A stretch of DNA of 64,000 bases. Origin: Octopus sinensis (Eukaryota). The position numbers and the translations under genes were made by a program. This document shows, in pieces, positions 52,299-64,000 of the stretch. Every line of letters starts with the position of its first letter. Position 1 is the stretch's first letter. The notes under the pieces were generated by a model. The model was not told where the DNA came from, did no database searches, and worked only from the letters and a program-made list of their open reading frames with translations. The stretch lies in the NCBI RefSeq assembly GCF_006345805.1, contig NC_043000.1, positions 37,014,001 through 37,078,000 on the forward strand, in the 5' to 3' direction.

Positions 52299-53239
52299 TA
52301 ATCAGTTTAAATGATGCAAGTGAGCATTCCATTTATATTTCCACAAATTAATAGAAAATTTTCATTCACCTTAGGCAGGTGTGAACAAAACCTCAATACA
52401 AAACTGCGTGCAGCTTTTTAAACATAAGCTACATCATCACAGAACTAGCGTTGCACTCAAGGCAAAGCAGGGGATCGCCTAAGGCGCTAAAATCGGGTTC
52501 ATTGCATGAATTCTGCTGAATAACTTCGGCAAAATTACTCAATCCAACTAGAAGCACGAAAACTTAGTCACAAAGTCTCAGAACAGAAGCCTGTAGAAAG
52601 TGGGTCTGAGACGGAGCAGAGGAGACGAGGTTGTGTGGGGTTATGATATGTCACATTATTTGGCAAGAACATTTCAATTTTTTTCTAGATAACAGATTTA
52701 CTCGGTGATGCGCATAATTAGAAAAATATAGATTTCTTGTTAGTAAGAATTTTTCGGATGCGTTTTTAGCTGTATAAAGATGATGGCTGGAGTATGCTGC
52801 AAAACAAAAAGCGGAGAAGGGGAAGGGGTACACCGTGTAGGGTTGGCCTAGCACGCGATCGCAAATAGTCAGGATGGCGAAACGTACGTAGAGAACAAAG
52901 AACAGAAACTTGTATTTATACACACACACACACACACACACACAATACATACATGTATGATGGGCGAGTGAATGGGATAGAAAGGGAGCGAGACAGAGAA
53001 AGAGTGAGAGAAAGAGAGAGAGGGAGAGGGCGGAGAGAGTACATAAACCGTTAAACGGGAGAGGTTTCCAATCAAAATTACTAGTTCGACATTCAGAGAA
53101 AAAAAGTAAATTTTGAAATTTCGGATATTTTCTTACTTCAGAATATATATCTATGTTGACGTGTGTGCGTGGTGGTGATATTGGTGGCAAGGTATTATGT
53201 ATATAAATATATATGTATGCATATACATACACACACAAA

Positions 53240-53303
<64 letters not shown>

Positions 53304-53429
53304 AAGCGTACGTCTGAATAATATTATACAACTTGTATGGGATTACAAGTACATATGCAAATACATCTACCTACGTAATATAAACCACGCACATACACAC
53401 ACATATATATATATACATATATAGATAAA

Positions 53430-53700
53430 CGTTAAAAAAACACAAACTGGGACAAGAACGTGAAACATTTTGAAGACGACAAAAAAACACACGAAGCTCT
53501 CAGTCATCAGTCAAGAACCAGATCATCTTCGCAATTTCGGCTGATTAATCTTGAGATTGCTCCAATCTGGGCAGTCCGCCAAGGGAAATCTAAGCCAATC
53601 GCATTAGATTCCTTGGAAGAAAACCTCGAAAGTATACAACACGGTGACGGAAAAAACGGACGATGTTAATCGAAAAAAAAAAAATCAAAAATACGTAAAA
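53430..53700. repeat. Unclassified dispersed repeat related to the 43463-43628 palindrome arm
   Basis: GGGACAAGAACG.GAAACAT....AGACGA.A.AAA is shared with 43480-43520. Confidence 0.45.
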
Positions 53701-54149
53701 ACAATAAAGATAGCACGGATAAAAATACAAAATAACGTAAAAACAATCACAACAAAACCAGGACGTCAGGACAAGCGTCTTTCGACAGGACGAGGAGAGT
53801 ATAGGCTGGCTGTGGAATAAGTGCCTGAATACATAGATGCATACACACATACATACATGCATACATACATACATATACATACATACATACAAACACACAC
53901 ACACACACATACATATATACACACACACACACATACATACACACATACATACATACATACATACATACACACACACACAACACACACACACACATACATA
54001 TCCGATGTGAACAAACAAGTTTGTTTTGGAAGCGTTGAAATGTATTGTGGAACAAGTAAAAAGATAAATTTTAATCAACGCGTAGATACTGAAGTGTATA
54101 TATATAAAGGATCAAATCCCCTTCTTCTTTAAAAGCAGAAAAATTTGTC

Positions 54150-54223
54150 GCCATTTAAGCCTAAATGGTAGAGCATTCTAACCGGATATTGAAAAGGTGT
54201 GAGTTCGATCCTCATGGCTGGCT
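54150..54223 (+). pseudogene. tRNA-like sequence (pseudogene or SINE head), anticodon not assignable
   Basis: Acceptor GCCATTT/GGCTGGC (6 of 7 pairs counting G-U); D arm ending GGTAGAGC; T arm GTGAG-TTCGATC-CTCAT; 8-nt anticodon loop ACCGGATA; T8 run at 54232-54239. Confidence 0.65.
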
Positions 54224-54258
54224 GCCGACAATTTTTTTTCTGCTTTTAAAGAAGAGGA

Positions 54259-54652
54259 GGATCTTTTCGGTTTGAACGGCAGTTTTTTCTAGCGGTGTCA
54301 TATGAAATTGTCACCCATAATTATGACCCTAGTATCTGTTTTAGGGTTAGGGTTAGGGGGGGTATCTTTTTTGCTTCAGAAATGTAAATAAACCCAATCT
54401 GTTTCTTAAACGAGGGACATATTCATACGGCACAGAATGTTTTTTTTACCTCAATAGACGTCACTGATTGATTGAAATTGTAGAAATTGAAGAAAAAACA
54501 ACAACAAATATCTTACAAACCATAGAATTTTCTCAATAAAACCAAGAGAAAAAGATGTTTTATAAACACATTCTACCAGTATACGAAGTTTAAAAGTGTT
54601 TAGTTACGTGGAAATTATTTTTTAAAAACTGCTGTTCAAACCGAAAAGATCC
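54259..54652. mobile_element. 394-bp MITE with 29-bp TIRs and internal (TTAGGG)3
   Basis: GGATCTTTTCGGTTTGAACGGCAGTTTTT / AAAAACTGCTGTTCAAACCGAAAAGATCC (1 mismatch); GA on both flanks; TTAGGG x3 at 54341-54358. Confidence 0.9.
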
Positions 54653-55567
54653 GAATAGGATTTTATCCTTTATACATATACTGTTCAGTATCTACGCGTT
54701 GGTTAAAATTTATCTTTCTACATGTTCCACAATACATATATTCATATATAAAGTTCGCTTTCCATGTTTTTGTTTTTCATGTTCTCGTTTCTCATTTTGT
54801 TGACGTTTTTTTTTTAAAATCCTGTACCCATATATGCATGTATATATACATATATATGTAGGTATGTACATATGCAAATATACATACCGGTTGAACTCTC
54901 CGTCCCCGCTTCCTATAGCCCCTAATTAATAGACTAGTGTTACATATTAGTTTTCATAGCTTCCTGCAATCGTTTTAGGCCTTTAGATTTCTTATAAAAG
55001 TTTTAACGAGGCAATTGTCTTTGCTTCAGATTTGTTTCCTTTCATGATATATAGAAACTTTACTAAACCGCACTGTTTCTAGCGTATTTCTTACCAATAG
55101 TATTTGTATTTTAGATGTTGTATGCCTATTTGGTTAAGAAGTTCGTTTTGAATCTGCGAAGTCCTGGCTCTGTAACTACAGCATAGCATCTTCTCAAATG
55201 CAATTTTTTATTACCTCAAACACATATATGACATGTGAGTAAAATAGAGTAAACAGAAATTCTACAGAAGTCCATCAAATGGATTGTATCCCTAATTCAA
55301 AGCACCAGCCTCGATACGATGCTATCGCCTGTGAAGGACCTTAAGGATACACATATCTATGGATTACCCAGCCACTGGCACACCAATTCGAGGAGTCTGG
55401 ATGTTCAGTTGCTTCAACGAGGGAATATTTATATATATATATATACGTATAAATTTGTTCTTTGTAATACTAACTTTTTGTTACGGTTACAATCATTTAT
55501 ATTTAGAATTATTTTGTATAAATGGCGGTGCCCCAGCATGGCCACAGCTCGTCAGCTGAAACTAGAT

Positions 55568-55615
<48 letters not shown>

Positions 55616-55616
<1 letters not shown>

Positions 55617-55832
55617 TTCTTTACTACCCACAAGGGGCTAAACATAGAGTGGACAACAAAGACAGACAAACGGATTAAGTCGATTACATCGACCCCAGTG
55701 CGTAATTGGTACTTATATTATATACTATATATATATATATATATATATACCTTCGGGGTCGATAAATTAAGTACCAATTACGCACTGGGGTCGATGTAAT
55801 CGACTTAATCCGTTTGTCTGTCCTTGTTTGTC
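55616..55832. mobile_element. Inverted pair of SINE-A 3' halves around (TA)n
   Basis: 55661-55715 and 55768-55822 are exact 55-bp reverse complements. Confidence 0.9.
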
Positions 55833-55892
55833 TAAAGCTTGACAAATTGCTTTCAAATCTAGGATTGCTTTCATTTACGTATATGTAATAGC

Positions 55893-56245
55893 GGAGGCAC
55901 AATGGCCCAGTGGTTAGGGCAGCGGACTCGCGGTCGTAGGATCGCGGTTTCGATTCCCAGACTAGGTATTGTGAGTGTTTATTGAGCGAAAACACCTAAA
56001 GGCTCCTTAGGCTCCGGCAGGGGGTAGTGGCGAATCTTGCTGTACTCTTTCACCACCACTTCTCTCACTCTTTCTTCCTGTTTCTGTTGTACCTCTATTT
56101 TAAAGAGCCAGCCTTGTCACACTCAGGGTCATGCCGAATCTCCCCCAGAACTACATTCGGGGTACACGTGTCTGCGAAGTGCTCAGACACTTGCACGTTA
56201 ATTTCATGAGCAGCTGGAACCCTCTCGTCGCAACCGACGGAGCGC
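55893..56245 (+). mobile_element. SINE family C
   Basis: Collinear with 36525-36904. Confidence 0.9.
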
Positions 56246-56547
56246 TACTATAAGTAATAACTCTCAATATGAGTATGCGTGCGTAGGTGACATTAAGTCA
56301 GGCACACTTTGTTATTATTACTTGCTGCATACCTTTCACCATTATGGTGGTTAGGAACTCAGCATTGTGTGTTCCAAGTGCATTTGGATGCTTAACCAGA
56401 ACGGATCACTAAGGGAACTCTTTATTGCATTAAGTTACAGAGAACTGGTGTCACTATAGTAGTTACTCCGCCACGATACAGGAATATTATAATCTATGTG
56501 GAGCTCTAAGCAAGAGAGTAGCAACTGTGCATCTATTAGTACGCACA

Positions 56548-56600
<53 letters not shown>

Positions 56601-56604
56601 TGTG

Positions 56605-56818
56605 TGCGTATATGTCGGGTGTCTGTGTTTGCCTCCCCCCTCCCAACATCGCTTGACAACCGATGCTGGCGTGTTTACGTCCACATAAACTAGCGGTTCA
56701 GCAAAAGAGACAGATAGAATAAGTACTAGGCTTACAATGAATAAGTCCTGCGGTCGATTTGCTCGACTAAAGGTGGTGCTCCAGCACTGCCGCAGTCAAA
56801 TGACTGAAACAAGTAAAA
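56605..56818 (+). mobile_element. SINE family B, 3' half
   Basis: Near-consensus. Confidence 0.85.
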
Positions 56819-57617
56819 TAATATAGAATAGACCTATACACATGCGCGCACGCACTTATATATTAGCATACACATTCATACATATATAATTGTAACTGAA
56901 GCGCCAAATTTGTTTTTATTAACTGTTATATATTAGTGTATTAGTTGTAGGCTATATATATCCTACTTTACGTTGTATCGCATACATAGATGCATACACA
57001 CACACACATACATACGAAGATATTTGTGTACATATCCATTAATATATGCATTTTCTGTCCCATCATACGCAACTCCGCATAAGACGCGCCCCTAATTTAC
57101 AAAGGGCAAAACGAGCTTTGGTAAGTTTCTTTAGACATTTAGTGAAGGTTATTCTGACGCAATTGTGAGAGAAGAACCTAATTTTGTGCATGTAAATAGA
57201 ATATGTATTGGAATCAAGTGCGAAATCACATATAATAACATTATAGTAACGATGAAAGGAAAATAAATTAAATTTAGTGGAGATGTAAAGAAATGGCTTA
57301 CATCGGTATCAGTGAATAATGATACATGCAGACAAAACTAATTTATCGCTAAAAACTGCCACAAAGCAAGCAGCAAAATACAATGACTGTGAATGAATTC
57401 CTACAGCTAATAGGAAATATTTGCTGACAAAGCAAATAATCTCTGTATAAAAACAACTGATATAAACGTTGGTTGGTTGGTTGGTTGAGAGCTTCAGTCA
57501 CGATTTACGTCGTATAGAGAGGGTTAATGGAAGAAGTGCAGGATGGGTGTACCTACTAGGGCAAACTGGCAGGCAATGAGTAATAGAATGATGCAGAGAG
57601 AAAGAGAGAGAGCAGAA

Positions 57618-57664
<47 letters not shown>

Positions 57665-57689
57665 AGAGTGAAGGTGGACATGAGGGAGT

Positions 57690-57932
57690 AGTGCAGACGA
57701 AATACCTATTTCTTTACAACCCACCAGGGGCTAAACACAGAGAGGACAAACAAGGACAGACAAACGGATTAAATCGATTACATCGACCCCAGTGGGTAAC
57801 TGGTAATTATTTAATCGACCCCGAAAGGATGAAAGGCAAAGTCGACCTCGGCGGAATTTGAACTCAGAACGTAGCGGCAGACGAAATACCGCTAAGCATT
57901 TCGCCCGACGTGCTAACGTTTCTGCCAGCTCG
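57690..57932 (-). mobile_element. SINE family A, with the dimer junction and a truncated second unit
   Basis: Contains GACGAAATACCTATTTCTTT junction as at about 47235. Confidence 0.87.
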
Positions 57933-58194
57933 AACTGTAAATATTGCCATAATAAGCAACCATGTAAAAGATGAAAGCTTACTTGAATCGTCATTCGCCG
58001 CAAAACCTTTGAAATCTCCATCTTCAGAATCAGATAAGCCAGCATCTCACAAACACTGGAAAGGATTCCGACTCCAGGCATTCCATACCATTGTCTTCAT
58101 CGCTGCATTTCTCAGCAACTAATATAGTATGTAGCTCGTAAATGATTCCTAGAAACGCATACATTATCCTCAGCATCCACGGGGCTATAATTAA

Positions 58195-58398
58195 TACTCT
58201 TTTACTTGTTTCAGTCATTTGACTGCGGCCATGCTGGAGCACCGCCTTTAGTCGAGCAAATATACCCCAGGACTTATTCTTTGAAAGCATAGTACTTATT
58301 CTATCGGTCTCTTTTGCCGAACCGCTAAGTTATGAGTACGTAAACACATCAGCATCGGTTGTAAAGCGATGTTGGGAAGATAAATACAGACACAGATA
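58195..58398 (-). mobile_element. SINE family B, 3' half
   Basis: Near-consensus; inverted relative to 58424-58820. Confidence 0.88.
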
Positions 58399-58423
58399 TG
58401 TGTGTGTGTGAGTGTGTGGTATA

Positions 58424-58586
58424 GGCGTAGGAGTGTGGTAAGTAGCTTGCTTAAAAATCACACGGTTCCGGGTTCAGTCCCACTGCGTGGCACCTTGGAC
58501 AAGTGTCTTCTACTATAGCTTCGGGCCGACCAAAGCCTTGAGTGGATTTGGTAGACGGAAACTGAAAGAAACCCGCCGTATATATG

Positions 58587-58635
<49 letters not shown>

Positions 58636-58820
58636 TTGTCCCCCCAAAATCGCTTGACAACCGATGGTGGTGTGTTTACGTCCCCGTAACTTAGCGGTTC
58701 TGCAAAATGGACCGATAGAATAAGTACTCGGCTTACAAAGAATAAGTCCTGCGGTCGATTTGCTCGACTAAAGGCGGTACTCCAGCATGGCCACAGTCAA
58801 ATGACTGAAACAAGTAAAAG
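58424..58820 (+). mobile_element. SINE family B, full length
   Basis: Head, core, internal (TA)/(TG)n and tail. Confidence 0.9.
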
Positions 58821-59110
58821 TGTGTATATATATATATATATATACCATTTTCCTGACAGTGTTATATCACAGATTGTTTTTGTTTTGTTTTTTTTTTCCT
58901 TAACCACGAACTCACCAGTATTATAGAAGAAGCCTTCTCACTCTGCCTGTTGGTGACTTGAACGTTTTTTCTTTTTTTTTTTTTTTCGAACCCGAAAGGT
59001 TGAAAGGCAAAGTTTGATCTGGGTGGACTTATGGAGCCGGAACAGATATTATGAGGCTTCGTATCCGACGTTCTAACGACCCTGATATTTGGTTGCTTCA
59101 TAAATGTACA

Positions 59111-59290
59111 CGAGGGTGTTCTGAAAAGTCCCTGGCTTTGGATGATAAAAGAAAATACAGGGATATCAGTTACTTATGATTTTATTCAACATATTCCCCT
59201 CTCAGATTCACACAGCGGTCCTTCAGTTTTGCGAAGCCCTGTAAAAGAACCCGGAAGGTCGGACCGCCAACCAGGCTTTCGCAACACCCT
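59111..59290 (-). mobile_element. mariner 3' end with TIR
   Basis: CGAGGGTGTTCTGAAAAGTCCCTGGCT TIR-like end; minus strand NLRGEYVE* terminus. Confidence 0.7.
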
Positions 59291-59767
59291 TAAAGATAGC
59301 CACTTTCCAGCATCCCTTCGTATATCGACTCGATAAACGAGTATGACAATGTTTGACTAAATAAAGTGTATCGCAGCATTACATGTGAGAACGATAACGG
59401 CTTTTGAATCCTGCCAGTGACTTACAGACAGATAGCTAAATAAGTCGATAGACAGTCAGCTAGAAGGTTGGATAGATAATGGACAGCAACATCGATACTT
59501 AGAAATAGAGAGAGGAACAGACAGATAAACGGATAGCTATGTTAGCTAGAAAGACATACAAATAAACAGAGAGAGAGAGGATAGCTGAATAGACAAATAG
59601 TCAAACAGATAGACTGACAGAGAGACGTGTGTGTACGTGAAACATCCTAGACTGAAGGAATCAGTAAGACGACGGTGATGCTTCAGCATGACCGCAGCTG
59701 CATGGCTGAAACGACTAAAAGAGTGTCAATCTATCTATCAATCTCTCTTCTCTCTCTTCTCTCTGTA

Positions 59768-59802
<35 letters not shown>

Positions 59803-59803
59803 A

Positions 59804-59903
59804 NNNNNNNNNNNNNNNNNNNNNNNNNNNNNNNNNNNNNNNNNNNNNNNNNNNNNNNNNNNNNNNNNNNNNNNNNNNNNNNNNNNNNNNNNNNNNNNNN
59901 NNN
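59804..59903. other. Assembly gap (100 N)
   Basis: Run of exactly 100 N after a (TA)n array. Confidence 0.99.
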
Positions 59904-60099
59904 TGTAAATGCCCATGCATAAAAAGTGCAATATATATAGCATATATACATATATCTACATTATATATACATTATATTATATACATACATAATATATATA
60001 TATACATAATACATACACACATATATATACATACATACATATTATATATAATCACGCATATATGTAATGTATAAGCAGATTCGCGCGCGCGCAGACAGA

Positions 60100-60148
60100 C
60101 AGATAGGTAGATAGACAGATAGGTAGACAGATAGATAGATAGATTATA

Positions 60149-60180
<32 letters not shown>

Positions 60181-60249
60181 AGATAGATAGATAGATAGAT
60201 AGATGATAGATGATGGACGGACGGACTGGGGGACGACGACGGACGGACG

Positions 60250-60298
<49 letters not shown>

Positions 60299-60360
60299 CA
60301 GACAGACAGACAGATAGATAATATAGATAGATAGATAGATAGATAGGTAGATAGATATCG
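60100..60360. repeat. Compound (GATA)n/(GACG)n/(GACA)n microsatellite
   Basis: Directly visible. Confidence 0.95.
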
Positions 60361-60784
60361 ACCCAGAGACATAGAATTCACTGTACTGTAGATGTCGCTC
60401 CTAAGATGTTTTGAATAGGATTTCGTAATTTGTAGTAATTAGACAATACCTCGGAAGACGACAATTTTCACATGTGGCCATGTAAGTCTTATTTTGGAAA
60501 CTGCAAATCCCATGGTTTGCATCCCAAAACTCTCACACAACTATTTGCAAAAGGAACTGGTGACACCTCATTTGACAGTATAGTATAATCTTACTGCAGA
60601 TGTCATATATACATACATACCTAAACACACACATATATAATATACATATATATAAAGTGTGTATATCTATATATCTATATCTATCTATATATATATATAC
60701 ATATATAAAGTACATATGGAGATATTCTCTCACTTTCATATTTGTGTGTCTTTATATGAATATATACAAATAGATATACATATA

Positions 60785-60822
<38 letters not shown>

Positions 60823-61172
60823 GGTGTGTGTGTGTGTGTGTGTGTGTATACAGATATTGCATCTCTATAGTATATATCTTATATATAAGTATAGATATAT
60901 ATTTATATATTATTTTATATTCAAAAATATATACCTCTGTGTGTGTGTAATATATATATATAGTACTTATATATAGTGCGAATATATATGCATATGTGTG
61001 GGCATATGCGTATGTTAGTGTATAACAATGTATAACATTTCATACATATTCATATTTATTGTTTATATATATAATTAAATCAGGCATATATATATATATG
61101 TATGTAATATATATATATATATATATTGATATATATATATGTATGTATATATGTATATATATATATATGATG

Positions 61173-61219
<47 letters not shown>

Positions 61220-61515
61220 CTTACATATACATATACATATATATATCAAAAGCTGTGTTATAATACTATTCCACACCCATGCCAACAATCCAACATACCT
61301 CCATCATCAGTTGTCCCACGGATATCATTATGGTTTCGACACCTGGGCAGTACCATTCAATCCGTTGGGGTCAACGCCACTAAAATTAGTGTTGTTTGGG
61401 AACAAACAAACGAAAGAAACCACAACTTTTAAAATCATTTACCCTATGTACAACAGTATCGATAAATAAATCCAATAAGTAAATTACAACCACTCCTTAC
61501 ACACACACACATATA

Positions 61516-61554
<39 letters not shown>

Positions 61555-61557
<3 letters not shown>

Positions 61558-61762
61558 ACGGCGAACTTGCAGAATCTTTAGCACGCCGGGCGAAATACGT
61601 TCTGAGTTTAAATTCCGCTGAGGTCGACTTTGCCTTTCATCCTTTCGGGGTCGATTAAATAAGAACCAGTTACGCACTGGAGTTGATATAATCGACTTAA
61701 TCCTCTTGTCTGTCCATTTTTGTCCCCTCTATGTTTAGCCCCCTGTGGACAATAAAGAAATA
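61555..61762 (+). mobile_element. SINE family A
   Basis: Head with deletion, central domain and long 3' variant. Confidence 0.85.
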
Positions 61763-61777
61763 TATATACATATATTT

Positions 61778-61812
<35 letters not shown>

Positions 61813-61840
61813 TTAGATGTGTATAATATATATATATATA

Positions 61841-61907
<67 letters not shown>

Positions 61908-63232
61908 TATATATGTATATGTATATGTTTGTGTGTGTATGAGTGAGAGAGAGAGGGGGTGTCAATATGATGGTATGTAGGTGTCGATGAAAATAAACTT
62001 TAGAGAATATTTATGTTTCCAGTGTTCTGTTCTTGTCTGTAAAATGTACATGGAAAATTCACAGCACATTTTGATGTACCAGTTGCTGCTATAATATTTA
62101 TGGGTTCACACAGAAATATCAGTTCGAGAATCTGAGCATCCGTCTACTGCAGTCGGTTGGAAATATGTGCATACAGTCGCTAGAATTTCAGGCCTCACCG
62201 ACTTGGAGAATCCTATTTGCATACGTAACGCATTGCTGGCAACCAATTCAATACAGAAGTTACTGGCACGTGAAGCAATAAGATGCTGAAGAGTAATTCC
62301 AAGTGTTTAATCTACACTTGTGTGTAAATTAATGTGAAATATATACGCTGTTCAATTATACGCAGCTATGTTTCTTTTTTTACAATCTCTTCATAGACAG
62401 AGAAATAGAATAGGTAGGAGAGTTTTCAGTTGCACATCTATAATTGATATATGGGTACGGGTGTCTGCAAGTGAGCACCTATCATGTCAGTATATATGTA
62501 TATATATATATATATATATCATTTCTCTATCACATACTCACACATACATATATACTCTTCTCTTGAGATACATCATATATATATATATGTATATATGCAT
62601 ATATATATATATATAATATATATAATATATATGTACCAAAATAAACAACAGGATATCCAGGGGTAATACAGTACGATCGTTTCAAGCGACTCCATTTAAT
62701 TGAACAATGCAACCATTACATCAATTTAAATGCAAAGCAATCCTCAGCTGCATAAATACATAGAATTAAGATATAATATACATGCATGAAATGTGTATAT
62801 ACATGTAAGCATGTGCTTCTTTATGTTTACATTTATATGTGTGCGTAAATGTATATGGTTTATTTCATGCGTATATTTTATGTCAAAGTAATTGGTGACA
62901 CTCCACTCGTGCGCATGAAAGGCATAGCAGATATTATATATATGTGTGTGTGTGTGTGTGTGTATTCCTCTCGTTCTGGTCTAACGACCCTCCATATTTG
63001 TTTTCGTTCGATGTCGTTGTATATTTCCACTGTCATTCTCTTTTTTATTCCCAACTTTGACACTCCATAAATCCTAAATTTATTCTAGAATTTATGGGAG
63101 CAACTGTGTTTGAAGACTCATATTGTCCTTCAATGCTCGTTTGTTTACGTATTTCATGTTATTTGCACCGTTGGTGACATCCTGTACCCATATATGCATA
63201 TATATATATATATTCATTTACATAAATTTATG

Positions 63233-63270
<38 letters not shown>

Positions 63271-64000
63271 TGTGACTACAATTCAGATCCCATTTATTAT
63301 ACTTACCCTACGTCATGGAAGCCCCTCACCCCTGAGTCAGGTAAATGGTTTAATATGGAATTGATGCATGCATATGCATGATATCCAACACTTGATGCAT
63401 TCAATGTTGTTTACTTCAATGTCAGCTCTCTCTCTCCTCCCCTTATATATATATGTATATATATATACAATATAAGAAAATGGAGAAATACATCTAAATC
63501 AATAGCAGTATATTGGATATATGTTATCCCATGGAGGGTTGCATTTAGAACCCCTATCTCAATTTGTATATGCGTGTGTGTGTGTGTGTGTATAATGTAC
63601 GCATCTATGGGTATGCATTTATATATGTATACACATGTGTGTGTGCATGATATTTATATTCATAAATAGTTATATTCGTTTTTGAAAGCTAGCATGGGTT
63701 AGACAAGTATATTGAGCCATTGTTTTTGCCGCTGGTTGACCTTCCTGACGCTAGCTGTTACTTGTCATTGAAGCAAGGGATCTCTCCCACACACACACGC
63801 AAGTGTGCATGTGTGTGTGTGTCTGTGTGTATAAAGAAACAGATATGTATATATATATGTATATACGTATAGTAGCCCTTAGTACACACATGCACATTCA
63901 CCAACAAATATTTCTGTGTTTTCACGCATATAAGTGTGCATGTTTTCAGGTGTGTGTGTACAGGTATACATACATGTGCATAATCAATGTTTTACATTCA

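Larger units (their letters stand above)
54040..54737. repeat. Fold-back: about 110-bp inverted arms around a tRNA-like spacer, right arm split by a MITE
   Basis: Left arm 54040-54150 is the reverse complement of 54226-54258 plus 54653-54737. Confidence 0.88.

Noticed and set aside
52874-52889. ATGGCGAAAC|GTACGT as a first coding exon in a CpG-rich patch
   Set aside because: Too short to support without transcript data.
52651-53331. 226-aa minus-strand ORF
   Set aside because: Largely (TA)n, (CA)n and (CT)n derived; no recognisable domain.
53495-53515. Minus-strand CTGATGA near 53503-53510
   Set aside because: No convincing stem II or GAAAC follows; at most a decayed relic.

Overview
AT-rich, microsatellite-dense animal genomic DNA. 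The SINE families point to an octopus genome; this is inferred from recalled repeat sequences, not from a search. No intact host gene is recognisable, and most ORF-track entries are translations of simple repeats. The window contains: (1) about 35 copies or fragments of 3-4 tRNA-derived SINE families; (2) 5'-truncated restriction-like-endonuclease LINEs (R4/Dong-like) in (AAT)n arrays and a second lineage in (TATG)n arrays; (3) RTE-clade LINE remnants, one with a long RT frame and one ending in three C2H2 fingers; (4) decayed Tc1/mariner elements (DD34D, DD34E, DD37D types); (5) a 394-bp MITE carrying (TTAGGG)3; (6) a 100-N gap. The most notable structures are fold-back palindromes: a 381-bp near-perfect inverted repeat with two divergent type-I hammerhead ribozyme motifs (41162-41542), and an inverted repeat enclosing a tRNA-like sequence with the MITE nested in one arm (54040-54737). 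A few splice-site-bounded candidate exons are reported at low confidence. Coordinates were read by eye; degenerate ends may be off by several to tens of bases.
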